DNA of 63,027 nucleotides, filler included, from Hyphochytrium catenoides (GCA_900088475.1; 6 parts of 6 records of this genome joined end to end with filler, not necessarily neighbours in it), one strand, 5' to 3'; counted from the whole stretch's first letter, positions 35,136-49,309 are shown. Program-made: numbers and translations. The notes: generated by a model from the sequence alone, not told the origin.

Positions 35136-38100
35136 TCAGTCTGTACTTAGCTCTCTCATCAGCTTTCTTCTCCACGTCATTGTCTCTTCTCCTCCTAGCT
35201 TCTGCGCTGTCAACCTATCAATGAAAGAGAGAGCTTTCTCTCTTTTCTTGGCGGTCTTCACCAGAAACTCCGTATATTCCTTGTAAGTGTTGAAGTCGGC
35301 AGAAGGGAGTGAGACAAGCACTTCCCACACCCGGGCAGACTCCTCTATGTCCTGGACTTGAATGTTGGATAAATAGCGAAGATAAACACGGAGAGGCTTT
35401 CGGATCTCAAGCGTTCTGAGCCGTAGAATGGAAGAGAATAGCTCCCGAGCTTCGGTGTGAAGACCACTACGTCCTGCGTCCCAGGCGATGTTACTGACCT
35501 AGCCATGCGTACATCAAGCAGATAAGAGTTAGCGTGCGGAAATCTCTCTCACTTTTCTCTCGGCAACCCTTTAACGTCTCCGCTCTCGCTTTCCTTCTCT
35601 GCGGCAAAACCCTTCTTCCGCTTAGGTTCTATCTACTCTTGCCCCTTTTCCCGCTCGGAAAGCATCGCCCACCGTCTATCCTGCAGTTGCTTTCTCTCTC
35701 AGAACATCTACCCCACCATTAATATGCGAATGTCTCTTCTCCATTGTCTTTCCAATGGGGAACCTAGGAACCTCATACTCGTAGTCATCCCTCGGAAGCT
35801 GTCCAACCTGACTTCCGTCCTTATCTCTTACCATCTCAGCCAGGTGATTGCAGGTCTTGTCGACGTTCTTTCCCTCCGTCAGGACAAAGTTCTCTATACT
35901 GCTCTCACGGTTGTACCTCTCCAAGGCCGCGATGGCGTGAAAAGCAATGGGCAAAAGACAAGAAGAGAGGAGGTCCATCGAGTTGCGATGATACTTTCTG
36001 AGAGAAAGTGGCCTCGTACTCTTCTTCTGCTTTAATCCTTCCTCCTTCTCTCCTTGACCTGTACCACTACTCGTCCTACTCAACTGCAGGAGAGGAAAGG
36101 GACCATCGCCTACCGGATCGCCCTAACAAAAAAAGAGTGAGATGTCCATAAACCACAGTGAGAGGTGCTTTAAGAAGAAAGGACCTGCAGAGAGCAAAGA
36201 TCAAGTTACTGAGAGAATAACCTCGTCTATACACAAGAGAGACTAAAGCCGGACCCATAGGGATAAGGAATGAGCATGGCTTTGGCTCTAATCTTCACCT
36301 GCACGAGGCCGTTCTGCATAACAAATTTGAGATGATGGCAGACCGCAAAGACGCTGGTTGGGTCGCTCTCGTATGCCAAACGGTATATGAGGCCCGCGCC
36401 TAGGCGGTCTCCCCGGTCAAAAAGAAGGAGGTGTGCAAACCCGATAAGAGCCTTTGTATGCAGCGGCTCCAGCTATGAAAAGTTTAACCCAGGGAAGAGC
36501 AAAGAGACAAAGCGTCTCCGTGAATTTACATATGGAGCTATCTCAGTCAAGAGACGGAAAGGGAAAGGTCTTCAGTAGAGCAACAGTAACAAGGAGAGAA
36601 AGGTAGAGACGGAAAGAGCAGAGCAGAGAAGTAAGAAGTGTTCCTAGCTAGAAGGGTAGGAAGGATAGACTAGGTTATAAACCAAGAGGCGGGATAGGAG
36701 GCAAAAGTAATGGACGCCAAGAGCTCGCGCTCCCTACCTCAATGGCTCTTCGATAGGCCTTCTCAGCACCATCAATGTCTCGATAATGGAATCTACGGAA
36801 TCCAGCTCAGATTGGCTAACATCCTGCGAAGAGACAGTCTTTCTTTCTCTCCATCTTTCTATGTCTCTCTTACCTAAGGAGATGCGCATAATCTTTTAGC
36901 ACATTTGCGTGATTTGGTGCGCTTTGCAGCGCTCTTTCGTAGAACTGGCGGGCTGAGTCACAGTCTAGCTTGGACTTCTGGAGGAGGATGGCGTAGTAGT
37001 ACAAAGAGCGCACATGTCGCGGATTGACCGTGATCGCCTTCAAATAGAGCTCCTCCGCTAGCTTCAGATCCTGCAAAGAAGAGCCGTACGGACGAGCAAG
37101 AGAGATGGAGGGCGAGAGATGGAAGAGAGAAGTCGGGTTAGAGGCGGAGAGAAGAGAATGAGAGGAAGAAAGAGATTGCGAGAGAGAGACAGCATGTTGA
37201 CCAACTGAGCCAGAGCTGTCTATCTCATAAGAGAGAAAGAGACACGAGGAGAAGGACAGAGGAAGACAAACAAGAAAGATAGCACCACCAGAAAGAAGAT
37301 ATAGTAAGAAAGTGGAGGTGAAGTCTGAAGGCAAAATAACGCAGGGGACTCTCTCTCTCTCTCTCTGGTCGGAATCACGCGCTGTCCCAGGGTTGGAATG
37401 ATGTTCCTACCGCGAAGATGCAATGGCACATGAAGCCATAGTTACAAAGCGTCATATAATCCGAAGAGTTGGACGACAGAGCGAGAAGGAAGTTCTTCTC
37501 CGCCTTTCTGGCCAGACTAAACCTCTCTTCTCCGCTGCGAACCAACGCCCGGAGAAACAGCGCAGTGCCTATGAAAGAACGGTAAGGCATTCCCTCTCGC
37601 ATTACCAGCTTTGGCTCCTCTCTCTTTTCTTTCTTTTGGACTCTCTCTCTCTCTTTGTTTTCTTTCTCTCTCTCTTCCCCCATCCCCGTCCCACTACTCT
37701 CTTTTCTATTTCTCTCTCTGTTTCAGTGTCCCATCTCTCTCCCTTGCTTTCTCTTCGATTCTTTGAAAGTTCTTCGTCAAGCAGCTCAAGTGTGACCCTT
37801 CTCTTTTCTTCTAACTGTTTACCTTCTGCATACTCGAGCAAGGGAATTTGCTTCACCCTCTCCTGTAAGAGAAGAACATCCGTATGCTGAAAAGGCGTCT
37901 CTCTATCAAAGAAGGAGAGAGAGAAAGACGGAGATAGGGTAGCGCCTTTCTCTTCCTCTCTTTCTTTCTTGAGACTTTCCTCACAGTCCGGACTGAGCAG
38001 AATGCCGCAAAGATGCGTCACGCGATCAAGAAGAACGAGAAGAGAAGAAGAGGAAGAGAAAGGAAGATATGGGCGCGACGCATAGCCGTCTCTCTCTTCC

Positions 38101-38910
38101 GGTGTTTTCTCTTCTTCCTTGTAATCTATCTTCCCTCTCTCTCCATTGTCCTCCTGTGTATGTCCCAAAAGAAGCAACTCCGCCCTCGAGAAGAGAGAGA
38201 CAAACTTCGCCTGTATCTGCAAAAAGAGTAAGGGAGAAGAGAGCAGGGGAGAGACACTCTTATATTTCTTTGCTTCTCTCTCTTCGACAGGGTCGGGCTT
38301 ACCTCCTTAACCAGAGTGACTCGACGGAAGAAACTGGACTTTTCTGAGGCACCAAAGATAACGTTGAGCTGCGAGACAGAGAGAGAGAAAATGCTAAGAA
38401 AGTGATGCGGACGGTACCAAGAGATGTCGATCGTGGGAGGGGTGTCCGATAGAAGAGGAAGAGAGAGAGAGAGAGAAAATAGATGGATAGAGAGAGAGAG
38501 AGAGGCCACATCGCGAAGATAAAGATAAAAAGGCAGATCACGATAAAACACCCACCGAGAGAGAGAGACAGAGAGGAAACAATGGAAGAACTAACAAAAG
38601 AATGAACAGATCGAGGAATAAGGAAAGAGAGAGAGATGCTGAGAAAAAATGGTCCTTTTGTGAGTGACTTTAGTAGATAATAAGAGCGAGAGAGAGAGAG
38701 AAGAGACAAAAGAAGATTGAGAGAGAGAGGTGCAAGAGAACCAAAGGGATATAAAAGAGAATACCTTCTCTGTGACCATCAGTCTGTAGGGCTCAGAGGC
38801 GGGCCGCTGCAGAACTTTCATCAAGGTGCGCATCTCACGCTGGAGACTGAGAAAAGCCGAAAGAGATCGGAAGACATCAGACGCAAGAAGAGACGAAAGT
38901 TCTCCTCGCT

Positions 38911-38957
<47 letters not shown>

Positions 38958-39735
38958 CTGTGAGCGATCTGTTTTCTTTGCCGCTGACACGGTCCACTGG
39001 CGCCCCTTTGCCTTCTCTTCTGTTTTTTTCTCTTTGAAGATTTCTCTTCCTCAGTTCTCTCTTCCTTTCTCACCTGCTTCTGATGCACCGCGCAGCAGCT
39101 TCTATGAGAATTGTCTCTCTCTGCTGCGCAGCAGTGGCGGGCAGGATGTCTCTCACACGGCCCAATTGACGCATATTTATGCCACTCTGAAAAAGAAAAG
39201 AGAGAGAGAGCGAGAGAGAGAGCAATGGACAAGTCAGATTGAGAGTAAGAAAACGACATGGATGAGAGCGAAAGGGAAGGCGAGATTGAGTGACAAAGAG
39301 AAGCGGAAGAAGAAAGAAGTAAAGCAAAGCAAAGGGATAGAGCGAAAGAGTGAGAGAGAACAAGAGAGAGAGGGAAGGGACTAGGTAGAGAGAGAAGAGA
39401 AAAGACTAGGTAGAGAGAGGGAAGAGACTAGGTATGAGAGAAGATGAGGGCACATAGTAACAAGAGACAGAAGACGAGAGTGAGAGAGAGACAGAAGACG
39501 AGAGTGAGAGAGAGACAGAAGACGAGAGTGAGAGAAAGAGAGAGAGAGAGAGAGAGGAGAATTGTTAAGCCTAGAAAACGGGACCATTCTGACCTCATGC
39601 ATTCTGTCTCTCAAAGCGTCAGGATTGCAGGGCTGACGGGCCAACTTCTTTGCAAATCTTGGGATCACTTCGGTGAGCAGGCGGTCATGGGCCTTCGTCA
39701 CCTCTTCCTCGTGTTCTTGGCGCTGAGGGTCATAG
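35136..39735 (-). CDS. Clu-domain (eIF3-p135-like) plus TPR protein, 5'-truncated; exons 39735-39594, 39186-39074, 38846-38765, 38368-38303, 38216-37823, 37568-37411, 37070-36874, 36792-36738, 36472-36299, 36083-35832, 35498-35136
   Basis: RMHE|SGINMRQLGRV is the Clu central motif. Further matches: ILIEAAAR, RVKQIP, and TPRs AEELYLKAITVNPRH, ARQFYERALQSAPNH, AEKAYRRAIELEPLH. All ten introns are GT-AG with matching phase. Confidence 0.85.
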
Positions 39736-39801
39736 CTTGGTATAAAGGAAAGGGAAGGGTGCGTGTGTGTGAGAGAGAGAAAGAGAGAAAAAGGAAAAAG
39801 A

Positions 39802-39901
39802 NNNNNNNNNNNNNNNNNNNNNNNNNNNNNNNNNNNNNNNNNNNNTTAATTAATTAANNNNNNNNNNNNNNNNNNNNNNNNNNNNNNNNNNNNNNNNNNN
39901 N
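39802..39901. other. Artificial contig-joining spacer
   Basis: N-run, TTAATTAATTAA, N-run; 100 nt. Confidence 0.97.
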
Positions 39902-40899
39902 GTGGGAGGGCGGGCTTAGGTCAGTTCTTAGTCTTTGAATGCCCACCCACACATCCTCCTATCTCATCAGCCCCACCCGCCTAATCCTCATTGAGACAGA
40001 AACGAAGTCGTTGTAGGAGGGCAGCTGCAGCCCCACCCATCCTTTCCTCCTTTCCTTTTGTCAGTCCTCTTCTGTTTGTGGACCTTGTACCACCTCTGTT
40101 TGTTACGTCGGAGCAACAACTGGCAATGACTATCAAGGATGAGCTAGACTGTATCGGGAATCCGCTACCAAACGTACAGTGACCTACAGTGCCATGGCAG
40201 AAGTTTGGTCTCATATCCTGAATCAGTACACGGGTAACGATTATAAGAAAATATGCAAAAACTCAGGGAGAACAAAAGGTACTACAAGAGAGAGAGACAG
40301 AGAGAGAGAGACAGAGAGAGACAGAGAGATAGAGAGAGTTAGAGACAGAGAGAGGGGAGAGCGAGAGACAGAGTGCCTAGAGAGATAGAGAGAAAGAAAA
40401 AGACAGAGAGAGAAGAAAGGAGAAAGAGGAGGAAGAAAGCTTCCTGATCTCGCTTTTTTGCTGAGGACAAAGGCCGCGCGAGAAGTTCTATTCTTTTACT
40501 CTTCGCTTCTCTCTCTTCTCTCTCCTCTGGGCTCCCACTTCCCTTCTCTCTCTCTCTCTCTCTCTCTCTCNNNNNNNNNNNNNNNNNNTCTCTCTCTCTC
40601 TCTTCTCTCTCTCTCTCTGCGCCTCCACTGTTTTCTTTTTTTTGAGGAGTACTCGTATCTACGACGAGGCGGCGTGCGGTAGATCTCTTCTGTGCACGTT
40701 TTTCTTCATCCCTGCGGCCGCTGGACGCACCCTTGGGCTATGATCATCTTCTTCCCTCCGCTGTTGAAACCTTCTCCTCTTCTTCATGTTCTTCTTCTCT
40801 CTCTTTTTCCTGTCCTCTTTTCTCTTTGACAGCAAGAAGGGGATAGTAGGGTGAGCCGAGGAGAGAGAGGAGGAAACAGAAGTAGAAGAGAAGAGAGAC

Positions 40900-40930
<31 letters not shown>

Positions 40931-40967
40931 AAGAGGGAAACTAGCAAGAAGAAGAAAAGCAGGGACG

Positions 40968-43900
40968 ATGTGGCGAAAAGGCGATAGTAGCGGCGGAGAA
41001 GAAAAGGAAGAACTGATGGAAGACGAGTCACGTGAGAGACTCCTTCTAGGAGAGACACAAGAAGACGAGAGGAAGGAGACGTTGGTCTCTCTCTTCGTCT
41101 CTCTCTTCCCATCTTTTCCCTCTTGTCGGAGGAGAAGTCGAAGAAAGTCACCCTCTCTCTTCTTTTCCCTCATTCTTCTCGCTGTATCCGCCTCTCTTAT
41201 GCTGCTCTTTTTCTCTTTGTCCGGTCCTAATACGTTGGTCGAGAGAGAAGCCAAGGTTGCGGCAGAGGCAGCACCAGTAGAAGAGAGAGTAAGGGAGAGA
41301 GAAGAAGAGAGAGATGACATTCTCTTTTCCTCTTCTCCTTCCTCTCCTCAAACCAAAGAAGCGAGAGGAGAGCTTCGATTTGCTAATGTCTTTGGCTCTC
41401 ATATGGTCCTGCAGAAAGCTCCCAGCGCCATAGTTCTCTGGGGTTACTACGTGCCTCCTGCTGCTGCCCAACAAGGAGAAGGAAAGAGAGAGAGAGAGAC
41501 GGAAAGAGAGAGAGAGAAAGTGTTGGTCATCGTTACAAGTTCTGCGTTTCCTAAAGAAAAGTTTAGGGCAAACCTCACGGCCAGAGCTGGCTCTTCTCCT
41601 CCTTCCTGGCGCTGGGAGGCTCGTCTCCCTCCTCTCTCTCCTTCCAACACGTCCTACACCTTCACAGTCCTTCTGGAGGAAGAGGAAGAGAGAGACGACG
41701 TGGAGGAAGAGGAGAAGATACAAAGAAGAGAAGAGAGAAGAAGAGAGAAACAGGAAGAAGAAGAAGAAGAGAGAGACACGAAGAAAGACTCTTCTTCTCT
41801 TTCTCTTCAGGATCAGCTCGAGGATGTGCTCATAGGGGATGTCTGGGTGTGCTCTGGCCAGTCAAATATGCAGTACAATCTCTTCCAAGCCTTTGGAGGA
41901 CCTGAGGCCGTGAAAGACGGAGAGAGATTCTCTCTCATCCGCGTCATGTCTCTCTCTCCTCTCTCCAGCCCACATCCCTTAGAAGAAGCGCTAGCAGTGC
42001 AGCTGCCTTGGTCATTGCCCTCCCCCACCAGGTGAGAGAAAAAAGAAAGAGAAGAAGAAGGGAGAGCGAAGAAAGAGAGAGAGAGAGTAAAGGGTATCTT
42101 GAGAAAAGCATAGAGAAAAAGAAGGGCCACAGAGAGAGAGAGACAGAGAGAGAGAAAGAGAGTTCACTAGAGAATGAGAAGAGAGAGAAGAAGAGAGAGA
42201 AGGAGGAAGGACCTAGAGGAAACTGTGTCGTACGATCACTTTTATCTCTTTGGTTATCCGTACCGGCTCTGTCTCTCTCTCTAACCGATCGTTCTCGTTG
42301 CCTTTTTATCTCCCTCCTTTTTTTTTTTCTCAACAAAATGTTTCTTCCATTCCCCCTCCGTTTCGCTCTTTACTTGTTGGCTCTTTGTCTCTTTTCCACA
42401 TCTCTGTCTTCTCTCTTCTCTCTCTCTCTCTCTCTCCTCTCTCTTCTCTCTTTCTCTACTTCTCTCTTTCTCTCCTTCTCTCCTCTCTCTCTTTCTCTCT
42501 CTTTTCTCTCTCTCTCCCTCTTTTCTCTCTCTCTCCAGCCTGCGCTCTACTGATGACTGGGGCTACTTCAGCGCGATGTGCTGGTTCTATGGCCTTCGTC
42601 TGTATAAAGAGCTGGGTTATCCCTTGGGACTCATCCAATCCGCAGTGGGAGGGACGCCCATCCGCTCATGGTCCTCTCCTGAAGCACTAGCACAGTGCGC
42701 AGGACCCTCTTCTCTCTCTCCCTCTCTTTTTGCTGGAGAAGAAGAGAGAAGAGAGCATTCTCTCTCTCTTGCTCTCTTTGAAAGAGAAGAACAGAGGAAG
42801 AGAGAGATCAGGGGAGGAGAGCTGTCCGTACTTTGGAACTCAATGATTCTTCCTTTGACCACGAAGCCTATCTTTGGACTCATCTGGTAGGGAGAGAGAG
42901 GCGGCTTACTTTCCTCCTTTCTCTCTCTTCTATAATTTGCGCTNNNNNNNNNNNNNNNNNNNNNNNNNNNNNNNNNNNNNNNNNNCGTGCTGATGCCTCT
43001 CCTCCTCACTCATTTTCTGTCTGCTTTGTCTCTCCGCCCGTTCTTTCCGTAGATGTGTCCTATGTTGTCTCCACTACTGATCACTTTGTTCTTCTGCCTC
43101 TCCCTTCTTCTCCTACAATGTATCTGTCTCTCTCTCGTTCGCTCTATTCTTCTCTTCTGGTTTTCCTTTTGCCATGACCTGTTTCTTTCTCTATTATTTT
43201 GTTGTTCCCTCCTCAACATTGTCAATCCTTTCCTTGCTTTCGCTCTCTTCTCTGACTCCTCTCCGTCGTCGGTCCCTGTTCTTCAATTCTCTCATCATCC
43301 TTTACACTCTCACACTCCCTGCTCTTCTTTCTTTTCTCTCTCTCTCTCTCTCCCTCTCTCTCTCTCTCTNNNNNNNNNNNNNNNNNNNNNNNNNNNNNNN
43401 NNNNNNNNGGATTCGTCCAATTATCGACGTGGGACGATCACGATAATAGCACGTGCGGAACGAGCCATGCCCGAAAAAAAGGCTGTGGGACAGCACTGGT
43501 GCGATGGGGCCAGACGGGGGGGATGGGCTATGTACCGAATATAAAGATGCCCCGGACGTTTATGGCGGTCGCGATGGATTATGGCGATCCCATTGGCGTC
43601 TCAGGAGACATTCACCCGCGATATAAAGCGCCCGTGGCCGAGAGACTGGCTTTAGGGGCGCTAACGGTCGGGTACGGACGGAAAGGCTTACATTGGTCCG
43701 GTCCTCGGCCAACTTCAGCCGCCTTTGATCCCAAAAATCACTGGATTGTGATCACGTTTGATAATCTTTGGGGCGGACTCGAGGTGCGGACGCGGACGGG
43801 CTTTCAGCTGAAGATCCAGGATGTTTGGGAAGATGCGGAGGTTGAGGGGCTGAGTGAAGACGCTTCTGCTGTCTTTGTCAGGAGACAGAAGAGTAATAAA

Positions 43901-44128
43901 GCAACAGACGGGGAGAGAGAAGAAGAGAAAATGATGATGAGCGAGAGAAAAGAAGGAGGAGAGAGGAGAGAGAGCAGCAGCAGCTGGTGGACAGAGGAGC
44001 CCACGGCGGTGCGCTATAACTGGTACCGCGCGCCCTGCGCCCCACTCACGGGAACTCTTCTCTGTGCGCTGTACTCTAAACACGGCGATCAGCCTGTTGG
44101 GCCCTTTGTTATGGATGTGAAGCAGTAG
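40968..44128 (+). CDS. SIAE: Sialate O-acetylesterase (SGNH/SASA family) with an N-terminal membrane anchor; exons ~40968-42031, 42539-42886, missing exon(s) in N gaps, and ~43409-44128
   Basis: FANVFGSHMVLQ, LIGDVWVCSGQSNM, YFSAMCWFYG, PLGLIQSAVGGTPIRSW, LWNSMILP, GFVQLS, DIHPRYK, PTAVRYNW. The expected YQGE segment falls in the gapped region. The start codon is uncertain. Confidence 0.9.
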
Positions 44129-45590
44129 AAACATGGCCGTGCAGCGGCAGGTAAGAGAGAAAAGAAGAGACAGCAACTTTTTTTGGGCAGACCACGGGGG
44201 TTTGCTTTCGTTATTATTTCCTCTATTAAATATCCAGCATCCAAGGACCATCCTTGTCTCTCTTCTTTCTTTAACCGCAATAGCTGCGAGTTAGTGCTTT
44301 GCGGCAGCTCTTTCTGTCTCCTCCTCTCTCCTACCTCTTGCCTGCTGGCCCTTTCCATCATTCGCTTCTCTCTCTCCTGTCTCTTCCTTATCTTCTCTTT
44401 CCCTCTCTCTCCCTCTTCATTTCCGCTCTTTTCTTTCCCTGTGTCTTCGTACTCTCTGTCTCCCTTTTCTTTTCTCTCTCTCTTTTCTTCTCTCTTTCTC
44501 TCTCAGTTCCTTTCCTGCCTCCTGTAACTCTTATTCAGTGATAAGCGGACAAAACGGTAGTGAAGGGTGGGTGGGATAGGACGTTGGTATTATTCTTAGG
44601 GTTAGGCTTAGGGACCCACCCACCCCCTTTGGTCTCTCCCGTGAAAAACGTCTGCCCTCTAAGGTCCTAATTTGGCCCATCCATCCCCGTTATGTTTAGG
44701 GTGGAAGGCAGGTGGGTGGGGAGCGGAAACGGAAGAGAGAGAGAGAGAGAAAGAGAGGGGAGAAGAGAGAGAGAGAAAGAGAGAGAGAAATGGGTGGAGG
44801 GAAGTGGATAAAGGGAGAGACTGGAGGGAGAGAGAGAGAAAAGGAGAGAGAGAGTGAGAGAGAGAGAGGGAAGGAGAGTGAGGAGAGAGAGTGAAAGCGT
44901 GAGAGGAGACACGAGAGAAAGAGCATGTAACGGGAGAAAGGCAGCCGGAGAGTCTGTTCACAGGACGAAAGAAGGGAAGAGAGAAGGAGAGATAGAAAGC
45001 AGTTGGAGCTTTCTCCCTCTCTTGTCTCCTCTGCTGTCAACTCGCTCTGTTTGTATCATAGTGCCACTTAAGATGTATCCTCTACCCCTTCTCTCTCTCC
45101 CTTTTCTTTCTCTCTCTTTCTTCAGCGTCAGCCTTTCCTGCGTCAATCTCCTCATACAGGTCCTTTATTTCAAATGAGAGCGAAGAGACATAGGCTGTTC
45201 AAAATCTGTCCTTTAGTTTAGAAATAAAGAAGTTTATAGGTCAACAAGACAAGAGAGAACCTGATTAAGAGAGAGAGAGAGAGAGGGAGAGAGAGAGAGA
45301 GAGACGGGTAGTGAGAGAGAGAGTGGCACAAACGAGAGAGAGACAATCACAAAGAGAGCGAAAGCGAGAGAGAGAGGGAGAGTGAAACTGACAAAGCCAT
45401 CAACGGAGATAAGTAGGTGAAAGACAAAAAAGGGAACTAACGACAGAGCTGAATGTAAAACGAGAGGAGACGCCTTTCTCTTCTTGTCTTTCTCGCACCA
45501 GCCATTTTAAGACTGAAGAAAGAAAAGAGAGAGAGAGAGAGAGAAAAAGAAGACAGAGAGGAATAGGAAGCATCATCTCCCCTTCTCCCT

Positions 45591-46117
45591 CTAGCGTGAT
45601 CTGGAAGACTGTCGAAGAAGAGTGCGCTTCTCTCTCTCTTTCAGCTGCTCCACCGCCCGCGGTTTCTTGGGTACAACAGAAGACGACGACGCAGAAGAGA
45701 GAACAGGAACTAACATTGCATTCTGTTCCTCTCTCTCTCTCCTCAACTCTCTCTCTCTCTCTTCTCCTCTCTCTCCCACATGAGAGATATGGAGAAGAAT
45801 AGGGAAGAGAAAGAAGAAGCAGGTCGGGATGAGCTGAAGAAGAAATGTCTTTCCATAGTCTCCGTGATAATAATTCTGCGTGAGATCACTGAAGAAATAG
45901 TTGAGCCAACCGAGAGAGAAAGCAAAGGAAGTGGTGATGGCCTCCATCATCCCGTACAATTGGTACGGAAACTCTATGGCTAGAGAGAGAGAGAGAAGGA
46001 GAGAGAGAAAGACAGAGAGAGATGGCGTTAGTTACATTGGCCAAACAGAGAGAGAGATAAGAGAAGAAGGAGGAAGAAAAGACGGGGAGAAACAGAGAGA
46101 GAGACATACACACACAG

Positions 46118-46151
<34 letters not shown>

Positions 46152-46405
46152 AAAGAGAGAGAGAGAATGAGAGAGAGAGAAGAAACGAGAGAGAGAGAAG
46201 AAAAGAGAGAGAGAGAGGGGGAAGAGAGAGAGGTGTACCTATGTATGAGAACTGCAGGGTATAGAGAAGAGCTTGCTGGAGGTTGAAGAGAAGAATGGGG
46301 ATGATCTGGAGCTGGAGAGAGTGGAAGAGAGTCGTGAGCAGCATCAGCTGAGTCGTCAACGTCAGCAGGACAAAGGGAAGCCAGAATCCGTGCGCGTCCA
46401 CCAGC

Positions 46406-46439
<34 letters not shown>

Positions 46440-47050
46440 GTTGAAGATAGCATTGACAAAGAGTTCTCCTTGCGACAAGAGAAAGCAATGAGCGATAGGA
46501 ATGCGGAAGAGGAGGAGAGAGAGGGAGACAGACAGAAAGAGACATTGTCAACGCCATTGCAAAATAAGCGATGACCTTGATAGAGGAGAAAAGAGGGAGA
46601 GAAAGAAGGAGAGACAGAGAAAAGCAAAGGCTAAACTTTAAAGTACAAAAAGTCCTATCTTCCTTTCTCTCTCTCTCTCTCTCCTTCTTACCATGCCAAC
46701 CAAGGGAGAGAGAAGAAACGTCGCGTTCCCAAGGAGAGGAAAGAGATAGTTCGTATAGAGAGAGAGAGTCTCTCTCTCATCACTTCTCGCCTTCTGTTCC
46801 AGGAGAGAAGGGAGAGAAGAGGCGAAGAAGCCGTCGAGGAGAACAGTCCAAGAGAAAATAATGACAAACATCCAAAATTTCCAGGTGCGAAGTTGACTTT
46901 CTAGAGAAGGAATCAGCTCGATCGAGGCCGAACGGGGCATTGCCTGGAGAGAGAGAGAGAGAGAAAGAGCGAGAGAGAGAGAGAGAAGGAGAGACAAACA
47001 GAGTGGGAGAAGAGAGAGAGAGTAAGAGGGAGAAAAGACAGCGAGAGAGA

Positions 47051-47085
<35 letters not shown>

Positions 47086-47317
47086 CAGACAGAGTGAGAG
47101 AAGAGAGAGAGAGTAAGAGGGAGAACAGACAGAGAGAGAGAACATAGAACATTAGGTAAAGGGGGAGAGAGGAAAGAGATAAACTAAAAGTGAAGGGGAG
47201 GACCTGTGATAAAAGAAAAGAGAGAGAAAAGACGGAGATCTACAGACGGAGAAGAGGAAAACTGCAAAAGGTTTGCAGAGGACAACACCCAGAATGAGCG
47301 AACGGCAACAGAGAGAG

Positions 47318-47354
<37 letters not shown>

Positions 47355-48499
47355 AAGGACACAAAGAGATCCAGAGGAGATAGATGAGAGAAGAGTAGAA
47401 ACGTAGAAAGAGAGAAAGAGACGACACTCACTTCGACCAGAAGATGCTCCGTCTCTCTCTTTCGTCTCCTTGCGCTATTTTCTCTCTCTCTTCTCTCTCC
47501 TTGCAAGCTAAAGATCTTCGCTCGGTCTCCCGCAATAAAGGCGCGCGGCGGATAAAGAAGCAAAACTATCACCAGCGCCACAAGGAAGACAAGACTGCAG
47601 AAGAAGATCAAGAGAAAGAGAGAGAGGATTGAGTAGAGCAGAGAGAGAGAGAGAGAGGGAGAGAGAGGGGTGAGTGGAGCAGAGGGAAAGAGAGGTATAA
47701 AGCAGAGAGAGAGAGAGAGAGAGAGGAGTGGGAAGAGCACAGAGAGAGAGAGGGAGAGAGAGAGAGGGGGAGATGAGTAAAGCAGTAAGAGAGAGAGAGA
47801 GAGAGGGAGAGGGAGTAGCGTAGAGCAGAGGGAGAGTGAAAAAGAGAGAAAGACAGGGAGAGAGAGACGTGGAGAAAACTGGTAGAGAGACTACTGAGAT
47901 AAAGAGAGAAACAGGGGGAAGCCAACAAATCGAGGCGGAGAGAAATATGAAAGGAGGGAGAGGAAGTGGCCGAAGAAGAAAGACTGAGCAGTGGGAGAGA
48001 GAAATAATAAGAGAGAGAGAGAGAAGCGCAAACCGAGAACTCTCTTGCGAAAGAGAGAGAGAGAAACTGGGAGAGGAAGCACGAAAAAAGCAGAGAGAGA
48101 CGAAAGTCACCTGTAGAGAGAAAAGAATCTTCTTCTCGTTATTCCAGGGACATTGAAGAGCATGAAAATGTAGCCTGGGGACAAGTGAAGAGAGAGAGAG
48201 AGAGTTACGAAAGAAAGAGAGAAACAGAGAGAGACCCTGCGAGAGAGACAGAGAGAAAGATAAAGATAAGGGTTCTTCTGGCTGACGAAAGATAGGGAAT
48301 GCAATACAGGAAGAAACGAAAGAGGAGAGACGAGAGAAGAAGGGAAAAGATGGGAGAGCAATAGGATAAGATAGAGACAGTGCGAGAGAGGTCACAAGGA
48401 AGAGAGAGACAGAGCGACGGGATGGAAAGGCAAACAGAGAGACAGCGAGCGAAAGGACTGAACACTAGCTCCCGGGTGCGAGAATAAGGAACAGAGAGA

Positions 48500-48544
<45 letters not shown>

Positions 48545-48621
48545 AGAGAAACAGAAAGTTCTCCCGAGGGATACAGACAGAACAAAGAGACAGAGCGAGA
48601 GGGCGGGAGAGGGATCAGGAC

Positions 48622-48670
<49 letters not shown>

Positions 48671-48989
48671 GAGAACCACCTGAGGCATTAAAGAGACTGG
48701 ATATGCCGCCGATGGCCAGCGCTCTTCCTTGGAAGAGATTGGCAAACTGGAAGGTGGAGAGATAGACGCCCATCCCTCCCGCGCCTAAGAGAGCGTAACC
48801 TAGAGGGAGACTTAAGCCTCCGAGAGAGAGAGAATCCGTGCAAGAGAGAAGAAGATTTCCTAACAAAGCCGTCTGCGGAGAAAGGAGAGAGAGAGAGAGG
48901 GAAAGTGAGGAAATGAATATGCTTAGGGAGAGATGGAAGCACGCCACGGGATTGAAGGATTTGACGACGCTCTCAAGTTACAGACCGGT

Positions 48990-49023
<34 letters not shown>

Positions 49024-49266
49024 CTTATTCTTTGACACTATCAGACAAGCCTCCTGTACTTATTCCTCTCTCCTCCCGTCTCTCTCGTATCCATTTTCTC
49101 TCTTTTGGGTCGGTCCCGGATTCTCATAGCGCTTTTCCGCTCCTTTCTCTCTCTCTCTCTGTCTCTCTCTCTCCTTTCTCTCTCTCCTTCATCACATTTC
49201 CAACCCCAAATGTGGGCCCTTTCTCTCTTCCTGTCCTTCCCTCCCGCTGATTACTCTCAACCGCAC

Positions 49267-49309
<43 letters not shown>

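Noticed and set aside
39463-39535. Three copies of a 24-nt unit
   Set aside because: An intronic compound microsatellite expansion inside the Clu/TPR gene, with no sign of function.
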